From Pseudomonadales bacterium (lineage in GTDB: Bacteria > Pseudomonadota > Gammaproteobacteria > Pseudomonadales > GM7GCV1), in the NCBI GenBank assembly GCA_965661125.1, contig CBFICI010000005.1, forward strand, positions 42,305 to 106,304: a stretch of DNA of 64,000 bases, given 5' to 3'. The first letter of the stretch is position 1, and every line of letters starts with the position of its first letter. Positions 29,521 through 42,046 of this stretch are shown one piece after another. The position numbers were made by a program, and so were the translations under genes. The notes beneath the pieces are model-generated. The model was not told the DNA's origin. It was given only the letters and a program-made list of their open reading frames with translations, and did no database searches.

Positions 29521-30989
29521 ACGGCCCGGTCGAGCAGAAAACGAACCAGCAGTTCCACTGGCCGCCCGGTTGCGCCCTTGTTGGCGCCCTGCAGCCAGGC
29601 GGTTCCGGCGATATCCAGGTGAGCCCAGTCAACGCCCTCGACAAATTCCTGCAAAAAGCAGGCCGCGGTGACACTGCCAGCCTTGGAGCCACCAATGTTG
29701 CCGTAGTCGGCAAAGCGGCTTTCCAGCTGCTTGGTGTAGTCTTTCCAAAGCGGCATGCGCCAGGCTCGATCGTGCATTTGCGTGCCGGCATCGAGCAGGG
29801 CATCGGCCAATTCGTCGGAATTCGAGTAGAGCGCCTGAGCGTGGGCACCCAGAGCGACGATACAGGCGCCGGTGAGGGTGGCCATGTCGATCATCAGTGC
29901 CGGGTCCATCTCCTGGGCGTAGGTGAGGGTGTCGCATAGCACCAGCCGCCCCTCGGCATCGGTATTGAGAATTTCAATGGTTTTACCGCTCATGCTGGTG
30001 ACAATGTCACCAGGTTTGGTGGCGTTGCCTGCGGGCATATTTTCAGCGGCCGCAATTAACCCGGTGACGTTCAGGGGTAAACCCAGTTCGGCAACCGCTT
30101 GCATTACGCCGAATACCGTGGCTGCGCCACACATGTCGAATTTCATTTCGTCCATGCCTGCGCCGGGTTTAAGCGATATGCCGCCACTGTCGAAGGTAAC
30201 GCCCTTGCCGATGAGCACCAGGGGCTTGTCTTTACTGGACCCGCCCCGGTAGTGCAGTTCAATCAGTTTGGCCGGCTCGCTTGTGCCAGCGGTGACCGAT
30301 AGAAATGCACCCATGCCCATCTGTTTGAGCTCGGCTTCTTCGCGAATTTCCGTGCTGAGTTCGCTATAGCCCTCGGCCAGGGCCAGGGCTTCATCGGCCA
30401 GGTGAGAGGGGGTGCAATGGTTGCCGGGACGATTGCCCAGCGTACGGGTGAGGTTGACCGCACGGCCAATGGCTTCGCCGCGTTTGAGGGCCACACTGAG
30501 ATCAATGGCACCCTGCAGCAGGGTAACCTGCTCCAGGCTGGGCACCGTTTTCTTGACGCTTTTGAATTCGTGGAAGCGGTAGCTTGCCTTGCAAATCGCA
30601 GTCACGATGAGCTGGGGTAATTCGGCGTGCAAATCTACCAGGTGGCTGGCATCCAGGTAGCAAACCTTGCCGGGCAGCGCGCCGACGGCTTTGCCGGTGG
30701 CGTTCGCTAATTTTTGACGCTGCTCCGGGTTGTCGGCCTCGGTGGCACGAATCACAAGCAGATGGCTGGCCAGGCTGGAATCCAACAGGGGCGCCAGACA
30801 GGTTGAACCGTTGGCCTTTTTGAGCATGTCCTTGTCGAGCACAGCCTGCAGCGTATTGGCTTCTGCTGAATCGCTGGCATCGCTGCCGAGTAGCTGGTTG
30901 TTCTGATCGACAAACACCGCCAGGCTGGCTTTGCTTGAGTCGTGGGACCCGGCTTCAAATTCAGTGGTGTCCAACAGGGTAAAACGCAT
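29517..30989 (-). CDS. pepA: Leucyl aminopeptidase
   Basis: [44 protein letters not shown]. Confidence 0.96.
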   Translation of the reverse strand: MRFTLLDTTEFEAGSHDSSKASLAVFVDQNNQLLGSDASDSAEANTLQAVLDKDMLKKANGSTCLAPLLDSSLASHLLVIRATEADNPEQRQKLANATGKAVGALPGKVCYLDASHLVDLHAELPQLIVTAICKASYRFHEFKSVKKTVPSLEQVTLLQGAIDLSVALKRGEAIGRAVNLTRTLGNRPGNHCTPSHLADEALALAEGYSELSTEIREEAELKQMGMGAFLSVTAGTSEPAKLIELHYRGGSSKDKPLVLIGKGVTFDSGGISLKPGAGMDEMKFDMCGAATVFGVMQAVAELGLPLNVTGLIAAAENMPAGNATKPGDIVTSMSGKTIEILNTDAEGRLVLCDTLTYAQEMDPALMIDMATLTGACIVALGAHAQALYSNSDELADALLDAGTQMHDRAWRMPLWKDYTKQLESRFADYGNIGGSKAGSVTAACFLQEFVEGVDWAHLDIAGTAWLQGANKGATGRPVELLVRFLLDRAV

Positions 30990-31117
30990 GGTGACTTCCT
31001 AAAGCGATGGAGTTAATTTTTGGCGGCTGGCCCAGCGAAATTCAGGGCAGTTGCGCATGCACATACGGCGCCAGTTACAATGGCCACCATCCTACCATTG
31101 CCGGCGGCTGACTGAGT

Positions 31118-32203
31118 ATGATTCTGCAGCGGTACCTGATCCGCGACATTCTGCTGACTACCCTGGGAATTACCCTGATCCTGATGATTGTGGTGATGAG
31201 CGGCCGCTTGTCCAGCTACATTGCCGACGCGGCAGCGGGACGGCTGGCATCCGGGCTGGTGTTCCCGGTATTGCTGGCGCGCTTGCCCGAGTACCTTGAG
31301 CTGGTATTGCCGCTGTCACTGTTTCTGGGCGTAATGGTGAGCCTGATCCAGTTCCGCCAGAGCAGCGAGTTAACCGTAATGACCGCGACAGGCTTCAGTA
31401 CCGTGCGGCTGCTACAGTCCGTTCTGTTTTGCGCGGCTTTCGTGGCTATGCTGGTGTCATTGTTCAGCTTTTACATATCCCCTCGGGGCGGACAATACGT
31501 GAACTCGCTGGTTGCCGGCCAGGGCTTGCAAAACGAACTGAGCGTGGTGACGCCCGGGCGCTTCTATCAGCTGGATGATGCGGGCGGCACCATCTATGCC
31601 AACCGAATCAGCGACGATCGCGACCTGATGACCGAAGTGATGTTGTCGCGCGTGGGCAGCAATCTGGAGGTGGCGGGCGATACCCTGATACTGGCCGAGC
31701 GCGGCTATCCCTTTGTGCACGAGAATGGCGGCAACTACTTCGTATTGGAAGATGGCCTGCGTTATGTGGGCAAACCCGGCGAAGCCAACTACCAGCTGAC
31801 CCGTTTCGAACGCTACTTCCAGCTGATGCCCGAGCGTGAGGTAATTGATGGCAAACGCACCGAGGAGCAAACCCTGTTCTTTCACCAATTGCTGCCGCGC
31901 CAGTCCGACGCCATGCGCGCCGAGCTCAACTGGCGTATCTCGCTGCCCCTGTTGGTGCTGGTTTTGGGCTTCATTGCCTACCCCATGAGCCGCTCGATGC
32001 CGCGACAGGGGGGGCGCTATGCAAGGGTACTGCCGGGCGCCCTGCTATACGTTTTGTACATCGTAGCGCTTAACGCGGCACGCGAGGCGCAGGTTGAGGG
32101 CGAAGGCAATTCCCTTACTTTCTGGCTCATTCACCTGGCCTTTGTAACCCTGGCTGGGCTGATGCTCGGCTTTCCTGCCTTGAAAATGAAGCTGCAGAAA
32201 TGA
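31118..32203 (+). CDS. lptF: LPS export ABC permease LptF
   Basis: ILQRYL, SELTVM.A.G, AELNWR; divergent from pepA. Confidence 0.92.
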   Translation: MILQRYLIRDILLTTLGITLILMIVVMSGRLSSYIADAAAGRLASGLVFPVLLARLPEYLELVLPLSLFLGVMVSLIQFRQSSELTVMTATGFSTVRLLQSVLFCAAFVAMLVSLFSFYISPRGGQYVNSLVAGQGLQNELSVVTPGRFYQLDDAGGTIYANRISDDRDLMTEVMLSRVGSNLEVAGDTLILAERGYPFVHENGGNYFVLEDGLRYVGKPGEANYQLTRFERYFQLMPEREVIDGKRTEEQTLFFHQLLPRQSDAMRAELNWRISLPLLVLVLGFIAYPMSRSMPRQGGRYARVLPGALLYVLYIVALNAAREAQVEGEGNSLTFWLIHLAFVTLAGLMLGFPALKMKLQK

Positions 32204-33255
32204 GGCGCCTCGACTGGTACGTGGGCGGCACTGTGTTGCGAGCCATTCTGATTGTGCTGATGGTATTGCTGGCGCTGGATGCCGTGTCGGACCTGCTGGA
32301 GCAAACCGGCGACCTCAGTGCCGACTACAACCTGGGTGCGGCGCTGCTATACGTGTTGCTGAAGATTCCGGGCAGTGCCGTGGATTATCTGGGTTTTGCC
32401 GCCTTGATTGGCTGCCTGATGGGTGTTGGCGGCTTGTCCAACAATTCCGAGCTGGCCGTGATGCGGGCTGCCGGAGTGTCGGGCCTGCAGATCTTTCGCA
32501 TGGTGCTGAAACCGGCCTTGCTGATTATTCTGGCCGGCGTGCTGGTAGCCGAGTATGTGGCGCCGGGACTGGAACAAATTGCCCAGGCGCGCAAGGATTT
32601 GCTGCGCGGCAGTACCAGCCAGCAACAGGCGGAAGGCACCTGGATACGTGATGAAGACGAGTATGTGCACATCAATGCCGTGTATCCCAACGGCGTGCTA
32701 TACGGGGTAAGCCGTTTCAGGGTATCGGGCGGCGAACTGGATGCCATCAGTTTCTCGCAAACCGTATTGTGGGACGGCAGCCGCTGGCTTGAAGGCAATA
32801 TTCGCGCAACCGAATTCGGTGGAAGTTATACCAGCGCCGAGGACATTAGCTCACGAACCTGGCGCACCCAGCTTAGCCCGGAGATTATTGCCATGGCGTC
32901 GCTTGGCCCCGAGCAGTTATCGATGCGTGACCTGCAAACCTATGCCGAGTACCTGGGTTACGAGTCGCGCCAGGCGGGTGCATACCGGGTGGCATTCTGG
33001 AATCGCATGCTGCAGCCGGTGGCCGTTGCGGCGCTGGTATTGGTTGGCTTTTCTTTTGTGTTTGGCTCAAACCGCTCGGTGCCCATGAGCCAGCGAATTT
33101 TTGCCGGGGTGATTGTTGCGGTGGTGTTCAAGCTTGCGCAAGATATTCTCGGGCCGGCCAGTACCATTTGGGGGTTTTCGCCTGCAGTTGCCGTGGCCAT
33201 TCCTATCGGGCTTACGCTGCTGCTTGGCCTGCTGTTGTTGCGCCGTCAGGGCTAG
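32200..33255 (+). CDS. lptG: LPS export ABC permease LptG
   Basis: LDWYV, NSELAVMRAAGVS, P.QLS...L..Y; overlaps the lptF stop. Confidence 0.92.
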   Translation: MRRLDWYVGGTVLRAILIVLMVLLALDAVSDLLEQTGDLSADYNLGAALLYVLLKIPGSAVDYLGFAALIGCLMGVGGLSNNSELAVMRAAGVSGLQIFRMVLKPALLIILAGVLVAEYVAPGLEQIAQARKDLLRGSTSQQQAEGTWIRDEDEYVHINAVYPNGVLYGVSRFRVSGGELDAISFSQTVLWDGSRWLEGNIRATEFGGSYTSAEDISSRTWRTQLSPEIIAMASLGPEQLSMRDLQTYAEYLGYESRQAGAYRVAFWNRMLQPVAVAALVLVGFSFVFGSNRSVPMSQRIFAGVIVAVVFKLAQDILGPASTIWGFSPAVAVAIPIGLTLLLGLLLLRRQG

Positions 33256-33774
33256 TTAATCCCTGCTTTCGCGAACCACCCGCGTGCCGGAAAAACGGTC
33301 GTGAAACGCCAGCTTGCGCCCGTCGAACAGAATCCACAGATAGCCCAGGCCAGCGCAACAGAAACTGAGCAACCCCAGCAGGCTGCGAACCAGCAACTGC
33401 TTGTTCGAGGGTGGGGTGCCCTCCAGCGTGGTCAAGCGAAGGCGCCAGGTTTGCATACCCAGGGTGGCACCGCGCCAGCGCCAGAAGCCCATGTAAAACG
33501 CCAGCACGGTGGCACCCAGCCCCATTTGGAACAGGAAACCCTGCAGCAGAGGTTGGTACTGCTCATCGGCTTGCATGAAGTAGCCTTCGTCGGTGGGGCT
33601 GAGTTGCAGATTCTGCGGTTCGATACCCAGCGAGGTAACCAGCATCATCACCAGGGCGCTGTACACGAAACCCACTGCAAACAGCAGGAACAGGTCGTAT
33701 ATAAGCGACATCAGTCGCACCACCAATCCGGCGGGGTAGTAGCTGGTTTCTTGTTTCACAGTGGGCCCGGGCAA
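33256..33774 (-). CDS. RDD family membrane protein
   Basis: AGLVVRL..IYD, GATLGMQTWRLR, HDRFSGTRVV. Confidence 0.88.
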   Translation of the reverse strand: MPGPTVKQETSYYPAGLVVRLMSLIYDLFLLFAVGFVYSALVMMLVTSLGIEPQNLQLSPTDEGYFMQADEQYQPLLQGFLFQMGLGATVLAFYMGFWRWRGATLGMQTWRLRLTTLEGTPPSNKQLLVRSLLGLLSFCCAGLGYLWILFDGRKLAFHDRFSGTRVVRESRD

Positions 33775-33874
33775 AATAGGGCGCCCATTATAGAGCTTGC
33801 GGGTTGGCTGTCATCGCCTTGCGCCAATCGGGCTTGCGCGTCATAGTTTGTGCCCTTTTGCAGCGGCCCCGTCA

Positions 33875-35128
33875 GTGAATTTCGATAGTCACGCTTTTAA
33901 GCCCTGGATGCTCTACTTCCTGGCTCTGTTGATTGCCATGGCACCGCTGACACTGGACGCTTACCTGCCGGCGTTCCCCGCAATTGCGGCCAACCTGGGC
34001 GTGTTGCCGGTAGAAATCAACTTCAGCATCAGTACGTTTCTGCTGGGCCTGGCCATTGGCATGCTGGTGTGCGGCCCGCTTTCCGACCAACTGGGCCGCA
34101 AGCCCATTGCCCTGGCAGGGCTGCTGATTTGTGCCATCTGTTCGGTGGCCATGCTGTGGGTGAATGACCTGACGAGCTTTTTGCTATTGCGAATACCCCA
34201 GGCCATTGGTTGTGGCGCAGTCAGCGTTACGGTAATGCCAACTATTCGCGATGTTTCCCTGCCGCAGCAAGTGGCCGGGCGCAATGCCACCGTATACCTG
34301 ATTATGCTGATTTCTCCCATGGTGGCGCCCTTTATCGGTGCAGCGCTTCTACCGCTGGGTTGGCGGGCTATCTTCCTGTTTATTGCGGCATACGCCGCTG
34401 TGTTGGCCTTGGTTTATTTGCGGCTGATACCGGAAACCCGTGAATCGAGTGGTTCGTTGCGTTGGGGGCGCATACTGCAACAGTACCGGCAGGTGCTTTG
34501 CTATCGCATGGATGGTCACTGGTTGTCGATTCGCTACAGTTTGTCGGCCTCCATGGCGAACTGTGTGCTGCTGGTATTTATCACCAACTCGTCTTTTATT
34601 TTTCAAACCTGGTACGGAGTCAGCGAAAGAGTTTTCCCGCTGTTTTTTGGATTGAACGTGGCCTGTATTGCCACGGTACAGTTTGTTAGCTCTCGAGTGC
34701 TAAGGCGCCTGAAGCTTTGGCAAATTGCCGGGTACTACCGCATGGGGCAGCGCTTGCAGCTAACTATTCTGGCGGCCGTTGCGCTGGCGAACCTGGTGTG
34801 GCAATTGCCACTGGCGGTGTTTGTGCTGGTGTTGGCGCCGGCACTGGCCTGCGTTGGCATTAATGCCCCTTCTGGCTCGGGCGTATACCTGGCCGGGTTC
34901 AAGCAGCTCAGCGGCAGCGCCACGGCGCTTCTGACCACGGGTAATTTTCTGTTTGGCGGTTTATTGGGTGCGCTGTCTGCTCACCTCAACCAGGGGAATC
35001 TGAACTCCTTTTTGTTCACCATCCTGGGGGCCAGCCTTCTGGCCAATCTTATTCTCTTAAGTATTCCCAGGCCGATAGAACGATCAGTAATGGAGAAGCT
35101 GGATTCGGGGGAAATTCAACCACTCTAA
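33875..35128 (+). CDS. Bcr/CflA-type MFS efflux transporter (start uncertain)
   Basis: PLTLDAYLPAFP, GPLSDQLGRKP, P.VAP.IG, GWRAIF, PET. Confidence 0.88.
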   Translation: MNFDSHAFKPWMLYFLALLIAMAPLTLDAYLPAFPAIAANLGVLPVEINFSISTFLLGLAIGMLVCGPLSDQLGRKPIALAGLLICAICSVAMLWVNDLTSFLLLRIPQAIGCGAVSVTVMPTIRDVSLPQQVAGRNATVYLIMLISPMVAPFIGAALLPLGWRAIFLFIAAYAAVLALVYLRLIPETRESSGSLRWGRILQQYRQVLCYRMDGHWLSIRYSLSASMANCVLLVFITNSSFIFQTWYGVSERVFPLFFGLNVACIATVQFVSSRVLRRLKLWQIAGYYRMGQRLQLTILAAVALANLVWQLPLAVFVLVLAPALACVGINAPSGSGVYLAGFKQLSGSATALLTTGNFLFGGLLGALSAHLNQGNLNSFLFTILGASLLANLILLSIPRPIERSVMEKLDSGEIQPL

Positions 35129-35203
35129 GCGGTGCAGGAATCGCGCCGTGACAAGTGGCGCAAATTGGCTAGAATGGACAGATTGTTCGAGGGGGGAACA
35201 ATT

Positions 35204-36451
35204 ATGCGAATTCTGATATTGATAGCGGCCTGCTGCCTGACCGCGCCTGCTGTTGCACACCATTCATCCGCTGCCTATGACACCAGTGCGACTGCAACTG
35301 TGTCAGGAGTGGTGGAGTCACTAAATTGGCGCAGCCCACATGTGGTGATATCCCTTGCGGTGGAGAACGAATCCGGAGGCACCGATATCTGGGCTCTGGA
35401 GACTGCGGGTATTGCGGCTCTGGCGGCCGATGGTTGGACGCGAGAGCTGGTGGGGCAAGGCGAGCAATTAACGGCGGAGATTCGCCCGACCCGGCGCGGC
35501 AACCCTGGCGGTATTATCCGCTGGGTCACATTGGCGGATGGCCGTGTACTGCCGATTGATCCCGCTTCACCCGAAAGTGCCACACCGGTTATGGCGGCGG
35601 TTGCCGAATCGAACCAGGCTGGCGCAACAGAGGGAGCCGAGGTTGTAGATCGCCTCCGAACTGCGGATGCGGCGTCCCGCGATGACTACCTTGAGCGCAG
35701 AGAAATAGAAGCCGCCTACGAAGCTCGAAATCGTCCGCAAACGCTTCCCCTGCCATCGGATTCTGTTGGAGCGCTCGACCCGGACAATCGCGCCGCACAC
35801 GAGGGCGTGGCAAGGTTCGATTTTGAAGGCATTTGGGTCCATCGTGTGGATCGGGAGCGCTCGGCAGAACTGGGCGGCGACTGGTGGGAGTTCCTGCCCA
35901 TGCCGCCACTGACACCCAAGGCGCAAGCCAGCCGCGACGACACTATGGCGCGCCGCGCTGCCGGTGATCCAACCGCCGACCCTTCGGTGTTCTGCTACCC
36001 ACATGGCCTGCTTCGCAGCATGACCCGGGTAGGCAATATGATGCTGCTTCAGGTGGAAACCGGGTTGTTTATGGTGCATCGCATGTACAACGACTTCCGG
36101 GCCATCTACTGGGACGGTCGCGACCACGTCGACCCAAGCATTCGTATTGACAGCTACAACGGCGATTCCATCGCCTACTGGACCGACGACTATCTTTATG
36201 TCGAGAGCGTGGGCTTTGGCGCAGCCGAGGCCTACATTAATCCGGGCGTTCCATTGGGTGCTCAGGCACGCGTGGAAGAGCGCTGGCGCCTGATTAACGA
36301 CGGTAACACTCTGGAAATCGAGTTTCGCATGACAGACCCGGAGCACTGGGAAGGTGAGTGGGTGGCAACCAAGCTGTGGGACCGTGGAACCGGTTCCGAC
36401 ATTCAGGAGTCTCACTGCATCTATGCGTTGGATGGAGACCTGGCGCATTGA
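35204..36451 (+). CDS. Exported protein: DUF6152-like N-terminal domain fused to an uncharacterised beta-rich domain
   Basis: Signal peptide, then AHHSSAAYD...G.V....W.SPH...W..E; C-terminal part has F.G.W, DP...CYPHG, GDSIAYW, ERWRL, DP, terminal Cys. Confidence 0.7.
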   Translation: MRILILIAACCLTAPAVAHHSSAAYDTSATATVSGVVESLNWRSPHVVISLAVENESGGTDIWALETAGIAALAADGWTRELVGQGEQLTAEIRPTRRGNPGGIIRWVTLADGRVLPIDPASPESATPVMAAVAESNQAGATEGAEVVDRLRTADAASRDDYLERREIEAAYEARNRPQTLPLPSDSVGALDPDNRAAHEGVARFDFEGIWVHRVDRERSAELGGDWWEFLPMPPLTPKAQASRDDTMARRAAGDPTADPSVFCYPHGLLRSMTRVGNMMLLQVETGLFMVHRMYNDFRAIYWDGRDHVDPSIRIDSYNGDSIAYWTDDYLYVESVGFGAAEAYINPGVPLGAQARVEERWRLINDGNTLEIEFRMTDPEHWEGEWVATKLWDRGTGSDIQESHCIYALDGDLAH

Positions 36452-36468
36452 TAGCTGCTCGACTCCAT

Positions 36469-36497
36469 AAAAAAGCCGCCCGATGGGCGGCTTTTTT
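36469..36497. terminator. Bidirectional Rho-independent terminator
   Basis: AAAAAAGCCGCCC-GAT-GGGCGGCTTTTTT between the convergent CDS and the tRNA. Confidence 0.9.
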
Positions 36498-36501
36498 GTG
36501 T

Positions 36502-36587
36502 TGGTACCAGAGGTGGGACTCGAACCCACACGTCCATAGGACACCAGATTTTGAATCTAGCGCGTCTACCAGTTCCGCCACTCTGGC
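36502..36587 (-). tRNA. tRNA-Leu(CAA)
   Basis: GCCAGAG acceptor stem, TGGTAGAC D-loop, CTAGA-TTCAAAA-TCTGG anticodon arm, long variable arm, GGTTCGAGTCC, encoded CCA. Confidence 0.96.
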
Positions 36588-36602
36588 TTTGGGCAGGCGG
36601 CG

Positions 36603-36631
36603 ATTATAAGCAGGGTAAGGCCAGTTGTCAG
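36603..36631 (-). promoter_or_regulatory. Sigma70 promoter of tRNA-Leu
   Basis: Minus strand CTGACA-N17-TATAAT followed by GC-rich CGCCGCC discriminator. Confidence 0.75.
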
Positions 36632-36822
36632 TGGCCCGTTGTAAAATTGTTGGTCTGGCCGCATGCAACGAGCGTTTCGGTTGGTTTGTTTCCGCCTGAT
36701 TCGGCGGCTTGGTGCACCAAAATGGGCCGGTTTGTTGCGCTGAATATTTAAAAGCGTGAAGCAGCTACAAAGGCTGCGGGTTTGTCGGGTATAGTGTCGC
36801 GCGAATTTCTGGGGGATTTACC

Positions 36823-37833
36823 GTGTTCAAGAATATCGTTTACAAGTTTTTCGGCATTGAAGAAGTCAAAGACCCGGAGGACACTATTCGGGTTGTGGTT
36901 AGTCGCAAACGCATTATTGCCGACAAGGTGGTAGAGGTAGAGTTGCGCGATCCCGAAGGCAAAGAGCTGCCCGCTTTTACCGCCGGTGCGCACATCGATG
37001 TGCATATCAAGCCCGGGATGATGCGCCAGTACTCCTTGCCGAATAACCCGCAGGAACGCGACCGCTACATTTCTGCCGTGCTGATGGAGCCCGAAGGCAA
37101 GGGCGGCTCCAAGGCGCTGTTTTACGACGTGCAGGAAGGTGACAAGCTGCTGGTCAGCAAGCCTCGCAACCATTTTCCCCTGGTAGAAGACGCCCCCTAT
37201 AGCGTTTTTGTCGCCGGCGGCATCGGCCTGACCCCGCTGATGGCCATGGCCTACCGGCTTCGCGAGCTGGGCAAGCCATTCAAGTTTTACTACCGGGCCC
37301 GGGCGCGCGCCTGGGCTGCCTATCCCGACCTGCTGGTTGAAGAGTTTGGCGATTCGGTTGAATGCCTGTTCAGCGACGAGGGCGGGCGTGAAAAGTTCGA
37401 CCTGGATGCCATTCTGAAAGAGGTGCCCGAGGGTACCCACCTTTACACCTGTGGCGCCAACTCCTTTATGGATTTTGTGACCAGTACCGCCGAAAAATAC
37501 TTGCCGGAAGACAACGTTCATCTGGAGTATTTCTACGCGGCTTTTGACGCAGACTCTGCAGAAAACCAGCCCTTTGAGCTGTATTGCACCAAGTCGGATG
37601 TCACTCTGGAAGTGCCGTCCGACAGGAGTATTACCGACGTGTTGGAGGAAAATGGCATCAATGTGCCAATATCCTGCTCGGACGGTATCTGTGGAAGCTG
37701 CATCACCAAATTTGTTGAAGGTGAAGTTGAGCATCGCGACGGTGTTCTCAGCAAGAGCGACCGCGAGAAGAAGCAGCTATTCACTCCTTGCTGCTCGCGT
37801 GCGGTTGGCGAAAAGCTGTCAATCGAAGTTTAA
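36823..37833 (+). CDS. PDR/VanB-family FMN/NAD(P)H/2Fe-2S oxidoreductase
   Basis: LPAFTAGAHIDV, RQYSL, GGS, AGGIGLTP, LYTCG, C-terminal CSDGICGSC...PCCS. Confidence 0.92.
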   Translation: MFKNIVYKFFGIEEVKDPEDTIRVVVSRKRIIADKVVEVELRDPEGKELPAFTAGAHIDVHIKPGMMRQYSLPNNPQERDRYISAVLMEPEGKGGSKALFYDVQEGDKLLVSKPRNHFPLVEDAPYSVFVAGGIGLTPLMAMAYRLRELGKPFKFYYRARARAWAAYPDLLVEEFGDSVECLFSDEGGREKFDLDAILKEVPEGTHLYTCGANSFMDFVTSTAEKYLPEDNVHLEYFYAAFDADSAENQPFELYCTKSDVTLEVPSDRSITDVLEENGINVPISCSDGICGSCITKFVEGEVEHRDGVLSKSDREKKQLFTPCCSRAVGEKLSIEV

Positions 37834-37850
37834 TCTGAACTGAAATACCC

Positions 37851-37886
37851 GCCCGCTGTCTTTCCAAGGGCAGCGGGCATTTTTTT
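37851..37886 (+). terminator. Rho-independent terminator after the reductase
   Basis: GCCCGCTGTC-loop-GGCAGCGGGC-ATTTTTTT. Confidence 0.8.
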
Positions 37887-37895
37887 GGGGAACCT

Positions 37896-40063
<2,168 letters not shown>

Positions 40064-40179
40064 AGTGGCGGGAATCGGACGCATCTTTGCAGTTGCAGCC
40101 CGGGTTGGTCGCACAGGCCTCACCCATCCACTATAATCGGCGACTTTTCGCCTGACGGCTCGGACCTTAGCGGCCAATA

Positions 40180-42045
40180 ATGAATAAATACCCTGTTTGG
40201 AAATACCTTACCATTCTCGCCATTGTTGTCGGCGCCACCATCTATGCATTGCCCAATTTGCATGCACCCGACCCGGCTATTCAGATATCCAGTGAAACCA
40301 GTGGCGCCACAATCAGCCCGAACCTGGTAGAGCGCGCAGCGGCCGAGCTGGAGCAGGCCGGTATTGGCGTGAAAGAGTATGAGCTTGACGACCGCGGCAC
40401 CAGCGCACTAATCCGCCTGCTCGACTCCGAGCAGCAGTTGCCCGCCAAAGACCTGGTGGACGGCAGCCTGGGCGATGGCTATGTCGTGGCCTTGAATCTG
40501 GCGCCCACCACTCCTGAATGGCTGCAGGGCATTGGCGCGCAGCCCATGAAACTGGGCCTGGATCTTTCCGGCGGTGTGCACTTTTTGCTGGAAGTGGATA
40601 TCGATGCCGCTGTGGCAGCTCGCGCCGACGGCCTGGCCGCCACCATGCGCAATTTGCTGATAGAAGAGGGCATTCGCTTCCGAACGCCCGAGCTAACCGA
40701 CGATCACCAGGTGCTGGTGGGCTTTCGAAGCGAAGAAGACCGCGCTGTAGCGCGGTCGCTGATTACCGAGGCCACCATCAACCTGGTACTGGAAAATTAC
40801 GAGGATACCGGCCTGTACTACCTGCGTATGGGCTACAACGAGGCGGAAAAGAACAATATTGAAGAACGCGCACTGCAGCAAAACCTGACTTCGTTGAAAA
40901 ACCGGGTCAATGAGCTGGGCGTAGCCGAGCCTCTGGTGCAGCGACAGGGCCCCAACCGCATTGTGGTGGAGTTGCCCGGCATTCAGGACACGGCAGAAGC
41001 CAAGCGCATTATTGGTAAAACCGCCAACCTGGAATTCCGCATGGAATACGACCCCAGGGAAACCTCCATTTACGAAGAATTTCCGTTTCGCGATGCCACT
41101 GTGGGCATGGGTACGGCACGGCTCGATCGCGACCCCATTGTTACCGGTGAATCGGTGGTGGATGCCTCTACCGGCTTTGACGAAAACGGCCGCCCGCAGG
41201 TAAATATCACCCTCAGTTCGGAGGGTGGCGCACAGATGCACCGCGCCACCCGTGACGATATTGGCAGCCGCATGGCGGTGCTCTTTATCGAGTTCAAAGG
41301 GCGCACAGTGGAAGAAGAAGGCCCCGACGGCGAGATTATCAGCAGTGTGGAAAGCTATGCCGAGGAATCGGTAATCAGCCTGGCCACGGTGCAAAGCGCG
41401 CTGGGCGTAAGCTTCCGCATTACTGGCGTGGGCTCCCAGGCCGAAGCTTCCGAGCTGGCGCTGCTACTGCGAGCTGGCGCATTGGCTGCCCCCATGACCT
41501 TCGTGGAAGAGCGCACCGTAGGCCCCTCACTGGGCGCAGAAAACATTGCCGCCGGTGTGACCTCGGTGCAAATCGGTATGATGCTGGTGGTTCTGTTCAT
41601 GCTGTTTTACTACCGTGTATTTGGTGCCATTGCCACGGTGGCACTGGCCACCAACCTGGTAATGCTGACCGCGGTAATGTCTCTGATTGGTGCCACGCTC
41701 ACGCTGCCCGGCATTGCCGGTATCGTGCTGACCCTGGGTATGGCGGTAGACGCCAACGTGCTGATCTTCTCGCGGATTCGCGAAGAGCTTAAGAACGGTA
41801 CGCCGCCGCAGTCGGCGATCAAGTCGGGCTACGACCTCGCCATGTCCACCATTATCGACGCCAACCTCACCACCCTGATTGTGGCGCTAATCCTTTACCT
41901 GATTGGCTCCGGGCCGGTGCAGGGCTTTGCGGTTACCCTGGCGATTGGCATCGTCACGTCCATGTTTACCGCCATATTTGTATCGCGTGCCCTTGTGAAT
42001 CTGGTTCACGGCGGGCGGCGCGACCTGAAGACTCTGTGGATTTGA
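40180..42045 (+). CDS. secD: Protein translocase subunit SecD
   Basis: LGLDLSGGVHFL, RVNELGVAEP, VELPGIQD, VGPSLG, LTLPGIAG, AVDANVLI. Confidence 0.97.
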   Translation: MNKYPVWKYLTILAIVVGATIYALPNLHAPDPAIQISSETSGATISPNLVERAAAELEQAGIGVKEYELDDRGTSALIRLLDSEQQLPAKDLVDGSLGDGYVVALNLAPTTPEWLQGIGAQPMKLGLDLSGGVHFLLEVDIDAAVAARADGLAATMRNLLIEEGIRFRTPELTDDHQVLVGFRSEEDRAVARSLITEATINLVLENYEDTGLYYLRMGYNEAEKNNIEERALQQNLTSLKNRVNELGVAEPLVQRQGPNRIVVELPGIQDTAEAKRIIGKTANLEFRMEYDPRETSIYEEFPFRDATVGMGTARLDRDPIVTGESVVDASTGFDENGRPQVNITLSSEGGAQMHRATRDDIGSRMAVLFIEFKGRTVEEEGPDGEIISSVESYAEESVISLATVQSALGVSFRITGVGSQAEASELALLLRAGALAAPMTFVEERTVGPSLGAENIAAGVTSVQIGMMLVVLFMLFYYRVFGAIATVALATNLVMLTAVMSLIGATLTLPGIAGIVLTLGMAVDANVLIFSRIREELKNGTPPQSAIKSGYDLAMSTIIDANLTTLIVALILYLIGSGPVQGFAVTLAIGIVTSMFTAIFVSRALVNLVHGGRRDLKTLWI

Positions 42046-42046
42046 T

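Noticed and set aside
35567-36544. 325-aa minus-strand ORF
   Set aside because: Starts inside the tRNA, crosses a terminator and shadows the better-supported plus-strand gene.
33775-36600. Integrative island or prophage at tRNA-Leu
   Set aside because: No integrase and no visible duplication of the tRNA 3' end; only two accessory genes are present.
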